DNA of 64,000 nucleotides from an uncultured Gemmatimonadales bacterium (GTDB lineage Bacteria; Gemmatimonadota; Gemmatimonadetes; Palauibacterales; Palauibacteraceae), in NCBI GenBank assembly GCA_963783385.1, contig CAWANJ010000001.1, positions 192,001 through 256,000 of the forward strand. The letters are read 5' to 3'. Shown here one piece after another: positions 1-9,201 of the stretch. Numbering within the stretch: the stretch's first letter is position 1; each line of letters begins with the position of its first letter. A model generated the notes under the pieces. It saw only the letters and a program-made list of their open reading frames with translations. It was not told the DNA's origin and did no database searches. A program made the position numbers and the translations under genes.

Positions 1-146
1 AGCCCCGGACGGTAGCCCGGCTTGTAGGTGATTCCGAGCCGAACCTGGCCCTCGCCGCCCTGCTGGGCGCGCAGCGGAACCGCAGCCGCCACGCACGCCG
101 CGAGCATGAGAAGCAGCGCCCGTGTGAGCCTCGACGCCCGGTTCAA
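1..146 (-). CDS. tolB: TolB-like periplasmic protein, N-terminal fragment (runs off window)
   Basis: Own translation from TTG at 146, which overlaps the upstream TGA: MNRASRLTRALLLMLAACVAAAVPLRAQQGGEGQVRLGITYKPGYRPG. It has a signal peptide and lies directly after tolQRA-like genes. The identity rests mainly on synteny. Confidence 0.55.
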   Translation of the reverse strand, partial: MNRASRLTRALLLMLAACVAAAVPLRAQQGGEGQVRLGITYKPGYRPG

Positions 147-826
147 TAGGCCGTGGGGTCGAAGAAGAAGGACACTCGCAGCCGATCCCGTGCATACCCC
201 GCGGGAAGCGAGCCGAACGCCTTGGCCCGGCCGGCGGCCTCCACGGCACCCCGCGCCTCCAGGTCGAAGCCGAGAGCTCCCGAGCGGCGGACCCACTCGA
301 TGTCGCTCACCGAGCCGTCCCGGTGGATGACGAAGGAGATCTCCGCCCGGAGCGCCTTTCCGCCCGTCGGCGGCCGCCAGTACCGGTACACCTGCCGGAT
401 GATGTTCTGCGGGTATGCCGGGTAGGCGAACGTCTTGCCGTCGAGCTGGACGTTGACCGCGTCCTCGCCCTTCTTCTCCGAGCGCGCCGGCTCCTTGGAG
501 GGCGGGGTCTCGGGAGACTTCTTCTCGGTCTGCGTGGGCGCCTTGACCCTGGGCTTCTTGCGCGTGGTGGGCTGCGGCGGCGGCGGCCGATTCTCCTTCA
601 CCGCGACCTTGGCGGGAACGGGCTTCTCTCGCTCGGGCGCGTTGGGCGCCGCCGCCGCGACGAGCTGCACCCGGTAGGTCGGCGGCGGGACGGGCGCAGC
701 CATGGACCTGGCCGCGTGGATGAGCAGGAAGAGGACGACCACGTGGAGCCCCAGCGAGCCGCCCACCGCCGCCGGCGGGAGCCTGCGCTCCTCCCGCTCG
801 TGATGCGGTCTGGACGCTTTCGGCAT
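143..826 (-). CDS. TolA/TonB family energy transducer
   Basis: N-terminal TM with SxxxH (SLGLH), Pro/Lys-rich linker, and a TonB_2-like C-domain (ISFVIHRDGSVSDIEWVRRSGALGFD); follows exbD/tolR. Confidence 0.85.
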   Translation of the reverse strand: MPKASRPHHEREERRLPPAAVGGSLGLHVVVLFLLIHAARSMAAPVPPPTYRVQLVAAAAPNAPEREKPVPAKVAVKENRPPPPQPTTRKKPRVKAPTQTEKKSPETPPSKEPARSEKKGEDAVNVQLDGKTFAYPAYPQNIIRQVYRYWRPPTGGKALRAEISFVIHRDGSVSDIEWVRRSGALGFDLEARGAVEAAGRAKAFGSLPAGYARDRLRVSFFFDPTAY

Positions 827-838
827 CGCTTCCCCCCG

Positions 839-1276
839 TCACCCGCCCCGGCGCTCCGACTCGGGCTGCGCCACGAGGCTCACAGCCTGAATGTCCGCCT
901 CCTTCAACTTGCCTATCACCCGAAGGACGACCCCGTACGGCACGCTCGCGTCTCCCTTCACGTACACCACCGGCGACTGTCGCCGCTTGATCACCTGGAC
1001 GACGCTCGCGTCGAACTCCTGCATGCTGACCTTCGTGTCGTCCAGGTAGATCTGCCCGTTGGCGTCGATGGTGATCACCACGCCCTCGGTCGTCTGGATG
1101 GGGGCGGCCGGCGCCTTGGGGACGTCGACCTGTACCCCTCCCTGGAGGATCGGTGCCGTGATCATGAAGATCACCAGCAGCGTGAAGGCCACGTCCACCA
1201 GGTTGGTGATGTTGACCTCGGCCTGCACCGGAAGGCCTCCGTCGCCACCCAGTCGACTGAACCGACGGTGCCTCAC
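839..1276 (-). CDS. ExbD/TolR biopolymer transport protein
   Basis: EVNITNLVDVAFTLLVIFMITAP and VYVKGDASVPYGVV motifs; GTG start at 1276 inferred. Confidence 0.92.
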   Translation of the reverse strand: MRHRRFSRLGGDGGLPVQAEVNITNLVDVAFTLLVIFMITAPILQGGVQVDVPKAPAAPIQTTEGVVITIDANGQIYLDDTKVSMQEFDASVVQVIKRRQSPVVYVKGDASVPYGVVLRVIGKLKEADIQAVSLVAQPESERRGG

Positions 1277-1322
1277 GGGGCCGCCCGATCGCCTGGTGGG
1301 GCCGTCGGGCCCGGCGTGGCCC

Positions 1323-2132
1323 TCACAGGCGCCCTTCCCGGGCCAGCGTGCCCACGAACTCGCTGGCGAAGCCCTCGAGCTCGCCGGCGAACAGGCCCAG
1401 CTTGGAGGCATAGTGGTTGTAGGCCATCACGGCCGGAATGGCCACGAACAGCCCCGCCACCGTGGTGATCAGCGCCTCTGCGATCCCCGGCGCCACCGCG
1501 GAGATGTTGGCGCTGCCCGTGGCCGAGATCCCAATGAAGGCGTCCATGACGCCCACCACGGTGCCGAGGAGGCCGAGCAGCGGGCTCACCGATCCGATGA
1601 TGGCCAGCCAGGGGAGGCCGTGGGCCAGCTCGTCCCGCTCCTCGGAGAGCTCCTTCTCGAGCACCATCCACAGAGTCTCGAGCTGCGCCGGGGAGATACC
1701 CCGGGGCGTGGAGCCCTCCTTGCCGGCTCCGCTCAGGTCCGTGAAGAACTCCACCCCTTCGCGAAACAGGCGCGTGTAGGGGGAGTCCTCCAGGTGGAGG
1801 AGCACCTGGCGTACCTCATCGAGGCCCCCGGCTCTCTCCATGCCCATCACGAACCCGTCGCCCTGTCTTCCCACGCGTCGGAATTCGGACCACTTCCAGA
1901 AGATCAGCACCCACGAGACGACCGAGAACACGGCCAGCACGACCAGGATGATCTGCGTGGGCGTCGTGGCCCGCAGCACCATCTGCCACGGATTCGTGGC
2001 CAGCGCCCGGTGCCCCCCTGCGGGGACCGCCGTCTGGAGGGCGTTCCGGGCCACCTCGCTGGCCGCCTGGCCCGTGTCCCCCACAGCCTGCGCGAGCCGT
2101 GACAGCGCGAGGAACAGCGCCGCCCCGCTCAC
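1323..2132 (-). CDS. MotA/TolQ/ExbB proton channel protein
   Basis: SPLLGLLGTVVGVMDAF and VAPGIAEALITTVAGLFVAIPA motifs; GTG start overlaps the upstream TGA. Confidence 0.93.
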   Translation of the reverse strand: MSGAALFLALSRLAQAVGDTGQAASEVARNALQTAVPAGGHRALATNPWQMVLRATTPTQIILVVLAVFSVVSWVLIFWKWSEFRRVGRQGDGFVMGMERAGGLDEVRQVLLHLEDSPYTRLFREGVEFFTDLSGAGKEGSTPRGISPAQLETLWMVLEKELSEERDELAHGLPWLAIIGSVSPLLGLLGTVVGVMDAFIGISATGSANISAVAPGIAEALITTVAGLFVAIPAVMAYNHYASKLGLFAGELEGFASEFVGTLAREGRL

Positions 2133-3082
2133 GCGGCCTCCCCGACCAGGGCCCCGTATGTGGCGCCCAGTCCTTCCCGCAGCGAGTGGCGAGACCGCCA
2201 CCCGGCCGACCGCAGGCGTCCCGGGTCGAGGGCGCTGCGCTCGAGCTCGCCCGGACGCCCGGGGGCGTGGCGCACCTCCACGCGACGACCAGCACGGTCC
2301 ATGAGTTCCTCTGCCAGCTCGAGGACCGTGGTCTGCACGCCCGTTCCCACGTTGAAGGCCACGTCGTCCAGCTCCCCGCTCCCGGGCAGGTCGAGGTCGG
2401 CGAGGAGCACGTTGGCCGCCGCCACGTCCCCCACGTACACGTAGTCGCGCGTCTGCCGGCCGTCGCCGAACACGGTGAGCGGCTCGCCCCGGGCGATCCG
2501 GCCCGAGAAGATGGCCACCACGCCGGCCTCGCCGGTCGGGTCCTGCCTGGGGCCGTATACGTTCGCGTACCGCTGAGCCGCGTACTCGAGACCGTGGACG
2601 GCCCGGTAGCAGTACAGGTAGTGCTCTCCGGTGAGCTTGGCGACGCCGTAGGGCGAGATCGGGCGCTTGGGCGCGTCCTCGGGCGTGGGAAGGCGATCGG
2701 CCTCCCCGTAGACGACGCCGCCGGAGGAGACGTACAGGACCCTTCGGACCCGGGTGCGGCGGGCCGCCTCGAGGAGGTTGAGGAGACCGAGCACGTTCAC
2801 CGAAGCGTCGAAGACCGGGTCGGCCACCGACTTCCGTACATCGACCTGGGCCGCGTGGTGGTTGAGGACCTCGAAGCGCCGCTCCTCGAACAGCGCGCCC
2901 ACCTCGTCCGACCGAATGTCCATCTCGACCAGCTCGACGCCATCGGGCACGTTGTCGCGGCGACCCGTGCTGAGGTCGTCCACCGCGGTCACCGTCCAGC
3001 CCTCGTCCCGGTACGCCTCGCACACGTGGGAGCCGATGAACCCCGCTCCCCCCGTGACCAGCACGCGCCTACTCCCCATCAT
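2129..3082 (-). CDS. NAD-dependent epimerase/dehydratase (UDP-glucose 4-epimerase-like)
   Basis: VTGGAGFIGSH, HHAAQVDVRKSV, YGVAK catalytic motif, RYANVYGPRQ. Confidence 0.9.
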   Translation of the reverse strand: MMGSRRVLVTGGAGFIGSHVCEAYRDEGWTVTAVDDLSTGRRDNVPDGVELVEMDIRSDEVGALFEERRFEVLNHHAAQVDVRKSVADPVFDASVNVLGLLNLLEAARRTRVRRVLYVSSGGVVYGEADRLPTPEDAPKRPISPYGVAKLTGEHYLYCYRAVHGLEYAAQRYANVYGPRQDPTGEAGVVAIFSGRIARGEPLTVFGDGRQTRDYVYVGDVAAANVLLADLDLPGSGELDDVAFNVGTGVQTTVLELAEELMDRAGRRVEVRHAPGRPGELERSALDPGRLRSAGWRSRHSLREGLGATYGALVGEAA

Positions 3083-4421
3083 CCTCACCTCGATCCATCC
3101 CCGTCCCCTTCCCCTCGTCCGCCGTCGCCGGTCGCTGCCGGCCGTTGAGCTCGAACAGGCGTCGGGCCACTTCCAGGTGCTCGGCCCCGGCCGGCCCGCC
3201 GGCCAGCTCCCTGAGGCCCACGGTCGGCGCGTGCAGGATCCGCTGCACCACCAGCCGCGACGCACCCAGGATGCGCTCGCGCTCCTCCGGGCTCAGAGCG
3301 GCGATCCCCTCCAGCGCCTCTTCCATCGTCTCCCGCCGGATCCGCTCGGCCTCCTCCCGGAGTCCCCGGATGAGCGGAACCGCCTCCCGCGCGAGCAGCC
3401 ACTGCCAGAACCCGTCCAGGTCCTCGCCCAGGAGTACCTCGGCCGCGCGTCCCTCCGCCTCCCGTGCCTGGACGGTGGCGTGCACGACGCGCTGCAGGTC
3501 GTCGATGTTGTACAGGAAGATGCCCGGCAGGTCCCCGACCCCGGCTTCGACGTCCCGCGGCAGCGCGATGTCCACGATCACCATGGAGCGCCCTTCCGTC
3601 CCACGCGACGCGCGAAGAGCGTCGGCCGTCACGATCGGGTGCGGAGCCGACGTGGAGGTGAGGACGACATCCACCGACCGCAGCACGTCCGCCACGGCCA
3701 GGTAGGGCACCGCCCGCACGGCCGGATGCGCGAGCCGGGCCACGGCCTCCTCCGCCCGGGCGAGTGTGCGGCTGGCGACGACGACCTCGTCAATGCCACG
3801 GTCGAGGAGGCTGCGAAGCGTCTCCTCGCCCATCTCGCCCGCGCCGATGACCATGGCCCGACGGCCCTCGAGGGTGCCGAAAACCTTGAGGACCAGCTGG
3901 ACCGCCGCCGCGGGCACGGACGCGGCGCCCTCACCAATGGCGGTCTCGGTCCGTACCCGGCCTCCGGCGGCCAGGGCCGACTGGAACAGCCAATGGAGGA
4001 CCAGACCGACGCCCTCGGGGCGGGCCTCCCTCGAGGCGCGGTACGCCTGCTCCACCTGACCCTGGATCTGCGGCTCCCCGACCACCATGGAGTCGAGCCC
4101 GGCCGCGACCCGAAACAGGTGCAGGGCCGCCTCGCGGTTCCGCCGCACGTACAGGTGCCCGGCGGCGGCCTCCGGCGTGAGACCGGCCCTCTCCGCCAGC
4201 GTGACCGTGGCCGCGCGCTCCCCGTGACCGACCTCCGCGGCGACCACGTAGCACTCGGTCCGGTTGCACGTGCTCAGCACCGCGCACTCTTCCACGTCGG
4301 GCGCCAGGAGGAGACGCCCCATGGCGTCCGGCACCTCGGCGTCCGGCACGTAGAATCGCTCCCTGAGCTCGATGGGCGCCGTCCTGTGATTGACACCCAC
4401 GACCGTCAGTCCCACGTCCAC
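3069..4421 (-). CDS. hemA: Glutamyl-tRNA reductase
   Basis: GVNHRTAP, STCNRTE, GLDSMVVGEPQIQGQV, GAGEMG, DIALPRDV. Confidence 0.96.
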   Translation of the reverse strand: MDVGLTVVGVNHRTAPIELRERFYVPDAEVPDAMGRLLLAPDVEECAVLSTCNRTECYVVAAEVGHGERAATVTLAERAGLTPEAAAGHLYVRRNREAALHLFRVAAGLDSMVVGEPQIQGQVEQAYRASREARPEGVGLVLHWLFQSALAAGGRVRTETAIGEGAASVPAAAVQLVLKVFGTLEGRRAMVIGAGEMGEETLRSLLDRGIDEVVVASRTLARAEEAVARLAHPAVRAVPYLAVADVLRSVDVVLTSTSAPHPIVTADALRASRGTEGRSMVIVDIALPRDVEAGVGDLPGIFLYNIDDLQRVVHATVQAREAEGRAAEVLLGEDLDGFWQWLLAREAVPLIRGLREEAERIRRETMEEALEGIAALSPEERERILGASRLVVQRILHAPTVGLRELAGGPAGAEHLEVARRLFELNGRQRPATADEGKGTGMDRGEDDGE

Positions 4422-4437
4422 CCCCCGAAGCGCGTCT

Positions 4438-5256
4438 TCACAGGAACACGCTCTCAGGTCCCACGATCAGGACCCTCAGAACCACGAAGACCAGGGCCGA
4501 CACGACGAAAGCTCCGGCGCTGACAAGGGCGGCACGCTCTCCTCGCCACCGGGGCGAGAAGCGCGCGACGATCGCCACCAGATAGGTCAGCCACGTCACT
4601 ACACCGAACAGCACCTGGGGGTCACGGAGGGCGAGCCCCCGCCCGTACGTGAGCGTCCAGCTCCAGCCGGCCAGGAGGCCGAGCGTGAGGCCGGGGAAGC
4701 CGACCAGGAGCCCCAGGCGGTTGAGCCGCTCCAGCACGTCCAGGGAGGGGAAGAAGCGGAAGACCGAGCCGAACGACTTGCGCTTCAGCGCACGGAACTG
4801 GAGGACGTACATGGCCCCCGCCGCCGACCCCAGCACCAGGCCGGCGCATCCCACGAACACGATGGACACGTGGAACACGAACCAGGGCCCCCGGAAGGCG
4901 CTGTCCAGGTGAACCGGCCGCAGACCGACGAGCGCCGCCAGACCCAGCAGCCCGAGCACGACGGGAAGGACGAACAGCATGGCCGGCCGGCGCTCCCGAC
5001 GGACCGCCGCCCCGAGGCCGAGGACCGCGATGGCCAGCGCCAGGGTCGAGGAGGCCGGCCCCATGCCCACCAGAGGCAGGGTCCCGAACCGCGCCACGAA
5101 CGCCACCAGCCCGGCGGCGTGTACCAGCACCGCCGCCACGGCGATCTGCCACCCGGGCGTCTCGAGCGTGCCGCCTCCCGACCGAAAGGCACGCAGCAGG
5201 ACACCCCAGGCGCCGAGGTACCCGAGGAGGGCGACGAGGTGGAAGGCGAGGATCAC
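4438..5256 (-). CDS. CcsA/HemX-family polytopic membrane protein
   Basis: About 8 TM helices, FHVS and PSLDVLERLN motifs; directly upstream of hemA; WWD motif degenerate. Confidence 0.85.
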   Translation of the reverse strand: MILAFHLVALLGYLGAWGVLLRAFRSGGGTLETPGWQIAVAAVLVHAAGLVAFVARFGTLPLVGMGPASSTLALAIAVLGLGAAVRRERRPAMLFVLPVVLGLLGLAALVGLRPVHLDSAFRGPWFVFHVSIVFVGCAGLVLGSAAGAMYVLQFRALKRKSFGSVFRFFPSLDVLERLNRLGLLVGFPGLTLGLLAGWSWTLTYGRGLALRDPQVLFGVVTWLTYLVAIVARFSPRWRGERAALVSAGAFVVSALVFVVLRVLIVGPESVFL

Positions 5257-5388
5257 CGTGGAAGCCGGGCGGCCCTCCCCCGCCCCGGTTCGTGTCTCGT
5301 CGTCGGAGACCCGTCGGGATCCGGATGGACGCGGAGCGGAGTCCCGCCCCGGCCGCTACGCTCCCGACCGGTCACCGACCTCCCCCGC

Positions 5389-6633
5389 TCAGCCGCCGGC
5401 GGCAGCCGGCCGACGGATCAGGCGGACCGCGGCGTCGGGAGCGCTCCCCACATCCCGGGTCTCGACCACGCGAGCGGAAGCGGTGTGCGGCATGGTACGG
5501 ACGACACGCACCACGCTGAGACGCGCGGACAGAGGAGCCGAGGCTGGATTCCTGACGTCGCTCGGGAACACCGCGAATTCGTCCCCGTTCCGGACGCCCT
5601 CGACGGCCCCCCGGTCCAGGAACACAATGTCCTCGGTGCTGACCAGGGGCTGCTCGGTCTCGAAGCCCAGCAAGTGCGCGACCATGCCGCCCTGCACCGG
5701 TTGGAGCGACGAGCCCGGAGGCGCGAACGACCCGGCCGGGATCAGGGGATCACCGGCCTGATAATCGCCGAACACCGTCTCCACCACGCCACCGGCCGAG
5801 TCGCCTTCCACGGAGGTCACGCGAACCAGGCCCATGGACTCGAACTGCCGCTGGGACGTTCCCCGGCGTCCCCCGGGTCGGATGGCCTGCAACAGGTCAC
5901 CCTGCGACACCGACAGCCCGTTCAACGCAATGACAATGTGCTCGTACGGCCGCACGGACGGCGGAAGTTCGAGTCCGAGCGGATTCTCCTGGATGACCCT
6001 CGCTGTCGTGGCCCGCATCTCCACGCTGGCGGGCTCCGCCACGAAGCTGGCCCGATAGAAGTCGCTGGGCGAGACGAGCTCCGGGGCGACCGCCTCCTCC
6101 ACGGAGAGGGTTCCGAAATCGACCGAAGCTTCCGGCGAGCGATCGAAAATGCTCGGCGCCGAGAAGGCCTCGGCCCGCTGCTGGCCCGTCGCCGCCGACG
6201 GCACCGCGCCGGCGGCCGGCGGACGAGCCTCGGCGGCCGCTCCCGCCCCGCCCGAAGGGGAAGGAGCAGGCCGGGCAGCGACCCGCGTGGCGTCCTGGCC
6301 CACCGGAGGAATCCGGAACTGCTGGCCCGGATAGATCCAGTGCGGGTCGTTGATCAGGGACCGGTTGAGCTGGAAGATGGCCGGCCACTGGAAGGGATCG
6401 GAGAGATAACGCGCAGCCAGATCCCAGAGCGTGTCGCCCTTCTTGACGACGTGCTCCCGGCTCCCTTGCTGGGCCGCCACGGGGGTGGCGACCGTGGCCG
6501 CCGCGAGCGCCGCCACGCACGCCCCGAACAGGAGGCGTGACCGCCCCCGGAGGGTCGGGGCGAACCGGTTGACCCTGCCGGCCGCCACGGGAGCGTGGGG
6601 TCCGACCGCGACGCTGTCGGTCATGGTACGCAT
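5389..6633 (-). CDS. LysM peptidoglycan-binding secreted protein (TsaP-like architecture)
   Basis: Signal peptide, then [30 protein letters not shown]...[11 protein letters not shown]; C-terminal [20 protein letters not shown] beta domain. Confidence 0.88.
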   Translation of the reverse strand: MRTMTDSVAVGPHAPVAAGRVNRFAPTLRGRSRLLFGACVAALAAATVATPVAAQQGSREHVVKKGDTLWDLAARYLSDPFQWPAIFQLNRSLINDPHWIYPGQQFRIPPVGQDATRVAARPAPSPSGGAGAAAEARPPAAGAVPSAATGQQRAEAFSAPSIFDRSPEASVDFGTLSVEEAVAPELVSPSDFYRASFVAEPASVEMRATTARVIQENPLGLELPPSVRPYEHIVIALNGLSVSQGDLLQAIRPGGRRGTSQRQFESMGLVRVTSVEGDSAGGVVETVFGDYQAGDPLIPAGSFAPPGSSLQPVQGGMVAHLLGFETEQPLVSTEDIVFLDRGAVEGVRNGDEFAVFPSDVRNPASAPLSARLSVVRVVRTMPHTASARVVETRDVGSAPDAAVRLIRRPAAAGG

Positions 6634-6990
6634 AAGCCCAACTTCCGCACGGAGTTACGCTATGCCCGCCTGCGATGGTGCACGCGAACGCTTCGGCGCG
6701 GAGGGCAGCCCTCGCGATTCCGGCCTCTCGACCACCCGGAAAGATCGGGCGACATGGGGAGAAACGCAATCACGGCCCTCGACGGGGCGCCTGTCGAGCA
6801 GGAGTCGTGCGCGGCCGGCCGTACGCCAGGCCAGCGTCGGCCTAACTCCCTTCCAAGAAAGGCGTTCGTTCGATCCACGGCCGCCGAGGGAGGCCCGCGA
6901 TCCTCCAGGGGGCCGTCCCAGACCGCGCCGGCGTGTGAAATACGTGCACAGCTGCGCAGAAAGTCCGCCCCGAGGCTGGAGGTGCACGCC

Positions 6991-7446
6991 TCAGAAGGGT
7001 AAGTCGTCCTCCCCCATGAGGGCCTCGTTGGAGAAGTCGGAGTAGTCATCGTCCTCCGACTCCTGCCCAGTCTCGGGCCTCGTCCCCCGAGCCGCCGTGC
7101 CCCCGGCCTCACCGCGGCCGCCCAGCATGATCATCTCGCGCGCGCGGATCTCCGTCGTGTAGCGGGTCTGGCCGTCCTGGCCCTCCCACTGGCGATATTC
7201 GATCCGGCCCTCGACGTAGACGCGGTCCCCCTTGCTCAGGTAGCGCTCGCAAATCTCGGCCAGACGCTCCCAGGCCACGACGCGGTGCCACTCCGTCTTC
7301 TCCTGGGTCTGTCCGCTGCGGTCCGTCCAGCTCCGGCTGGTGGCCACCGAGAGCGTGGCGACCCGGGTGCCCGATCCGGTGGAGCGGACCTCCGGATCGG
7401 CTCCCAGATTGCCGATGATCATCGCCTTGTTCAGGCTGCGCGACAT
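6991..7446 (-). CDS. ssb: Single-stranded DNA-binding protein
   Basis: MSRSLNKAMIIGNLGADPEVR, KTEWHRV, C-terminal DDLPF. Confidence 0.97.
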   Translation of the reverse strand: MSRSLNKAMIIGNLGADPEVRSTGSGTRVATLSVATSRSWTDRSGQTQEKTEWHRVVAWERLAEICERYLSKGDRVYVEGRIEYRQWEGQDGQTRYTTEIRAREMIMLGGRGEAGGTAARGTRPETGQESEDDDYSDFSNEALMGEDDLPF

Positions 7447-7530
7447 GCGGACCCTCCGACGGGTGTGTCCAGGTGACGAGCGTTGGCGAAAAACCTCCGG
7501 ACTCCGGGCGGTCCGAGCCGGGGCGGCCGA

Positions 7531-7560
7531 AAGGTAGGCGAGATGGGCCTGGCCTGTCAA
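7531..7560 (-). promoter_or_regulatory. Putative sigma70 promoter for ssb
   Basis: TTGACA-N18-TACCTT; the -35 overlaps the rimI stop codon. Confidence 0.5.
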
Positions 7561-8060
7561 CGAATTTCGTGGTCGTCCGCCGCCGGCGCCGGACGCGGGA
7601 TCTCGAAGCCGAGGACCAGTGCATCCTCGCGCGGAGCGCGATAATAGGCTCGACGCCGGCCCACGACCCGAAAGCCCGCAGCGGAGTACAGCCGGCGCGC
7701 CGCGACGTTACTGACACGGACCTGCAGGTAGAGGCCGACCGCGCCCCGCCCTGCCGCCACGCCCACGACCGCCCCCAGGAGTCTGCGGCCGATCCCGCGT
7801 CGCCGAACCGAGGGGGCGACGGCCAGGTCGGCCAGCTCGCCGCGGTCCCCGCTGAACCAGACGGCCGCGTACCCGACCAGGCGACCCCCGAGCTCGCTGA
7901 CCAGGAGCACGGCATCGGGCCGCGCGAACAGGTTTCGGAACGCGCGCTCGGACCAGGGGGTTGGAAAGGAGGCGCGCTCGATGGCGACCACGGCCGGCAG
8001 GTCCTCTCGGCAGCCCTCCCGGATGAGGAGGGTGGTCCCGGCGTCCTCCTCAGACGCCAC
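7557..8060 (-). CDS. rimI: Ribosomal protein S18-alanine N-acetyltransferase
   Basis: IERASFPTPWS, LAVAPSVRRRGIG, VRVSNVAARRLY, RRAYY..PREDA; follows tsaB; start uncertain. Confidence 0.9.
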   Translation of the reverse strand: MASEEDAGTTLLIREGCREDLPAVVAIERASFPTPWSERAFRNLFARPDAVLLVSELGGRLVGYAAVWFSGDRGELADLAVAPSVRRRGIGRRLLGAVVGVAAGRGAVGLYLQVRVSNVAARRLYSAAGFRVVGRRRAYYRAPREDALVLGFEIPRPAPAADDHEIR

Positions 8061-8719
8061 GCTCAGCACCCGAGGCTCGGGCGTACGTGGGCTCCCAATC
8101 CGAGGGCTCGGCCACGCGTCCCCGGTCGGGGGCGATGGCCGCGAGCCGGAGAAGCGCCCCGGCGCGTGGGAACGCGTGCAGCCAGGACAACACGCGGGCC
8201 CCACGGGCCTCGAGCGCCTGGCGGTGGAGGATGGCCCCGTCCCCCGCGAAGCACCACGATCCGGCCTCGTCGAGCCCGGCGAGAACCTCCTCCAGGGACG
8301 CGGCCACGGGGCCCTGCACCGGCCCGACCGGGGAAGTCCATCTCCCAGGCCGCCGCGTACACCTGACCCCTCCTGGCGTCGAACAGGACACAGATGCGGC
8401 CGGCGAGTCCGGTTCCGACGGCCACGGCCTCGAGGCTCGAATACGCGAACAGGCGTGCGCGACGGGCCGCGCACAGGCCCTTACCGAGGGCAGCCGCGAT
8501 GCGGACACCCGTGAAGGAGCCGGGCCCGGCTCCGACGACCACGGCCTCCACGGAGCCGGGCTTCTCCCCGCATCGGTCCAGGAGACGCCGAACTTCCGGG
8601 AGCACGGTCTCCGAGTGGGCCGCCCGTGCGGAGAAGCTGGTCTCCCCGAGGAGCTCGCCGGAGCGCCCGACTCCCACGCTGCCGAGCCGGGTGCTCGTGT
8701 CGATCGCCACGGTCAGCAC
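8050..8719 (-). CDS. tsaB: tRNA t6A biosynthesis protein TsaB (apparent +1 frameshift near 8330)
   Basis: AIDTST, HSETVLP, GPGSFTGVRI and DARRGQVY in one frame; FAGDGA...EPTYAR C-terminus in the next frame. Confidence 0.9.
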
Positions 8720-9201
8720 GGTGTCTCCTCGGAGACGGGCGCCGCCGGGAGCGGCGGGGCCGCGCCCCGGGCCCTGGCCCGGAGGCGTCTGCTCCTCCCC
8801 GCCTGCTCCATGGCCAGGTCCACGTCCCACCGGTCCGGGGGCAGCGCCCCGGACGCCCGGTCGGCCCACTCCACGAACACCGAGTCGCCCGACTCGATGA
8901 GGTCGTCCCAGCCCAGGTCGACCAGCTCGGCCGTGGAGCCGATGCGATACAGGTCCAGGTGGTGCAGCGTGCCGCCACCCGACAGCCGGTGCCGGTGGTG
9001 CAGCGTGTAGGTCGGGCTGCGGGCCGGTTCGAGGGCCCCGGCCGCCCGGCTGGCAGCGCGGACCAGCGAGGTCTTCCCCGCTCCCAGGGGACCCGTGAGC
9101 GCCACGACGAGGCCCTCGCCGGCGGCCATCCGTCCCACGGCCTCTCCCCACGCCTCGAGCGCCCGCGGGCCGACCGTGACATCCAGACGCCGCGGGCTCA
9201 T
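8713..9201 (-). CDS. tsaE: tRNA t6A biosynthesis ATPase TsaE
   Basis: [26 protein letters not shown]. Confidence 0.95.
   Translation of the reverse strand: MSPRRLDVTVGPRALEAWGEAVGRMAAGEGLVVALTGPLGAGKTSLVRAASRAAGALEPARSPTYTLHHRHRLSGGGTLHHLDLYRIGSTAELVDLGWDDLIESGDSVFVEWADRASGALPPDRWDVDLAMEQAGRSRRLRARARGAAPPLPAAPVSEETPC

Noticed and set aside
6634-6990. c-di-AMP/c-di-GMP riboswitch or RNase P RNA upstream of the LysM gene (GAAAGTCC at ~6959)
   Set aside because: The remaining consensus elements were not found on either strand
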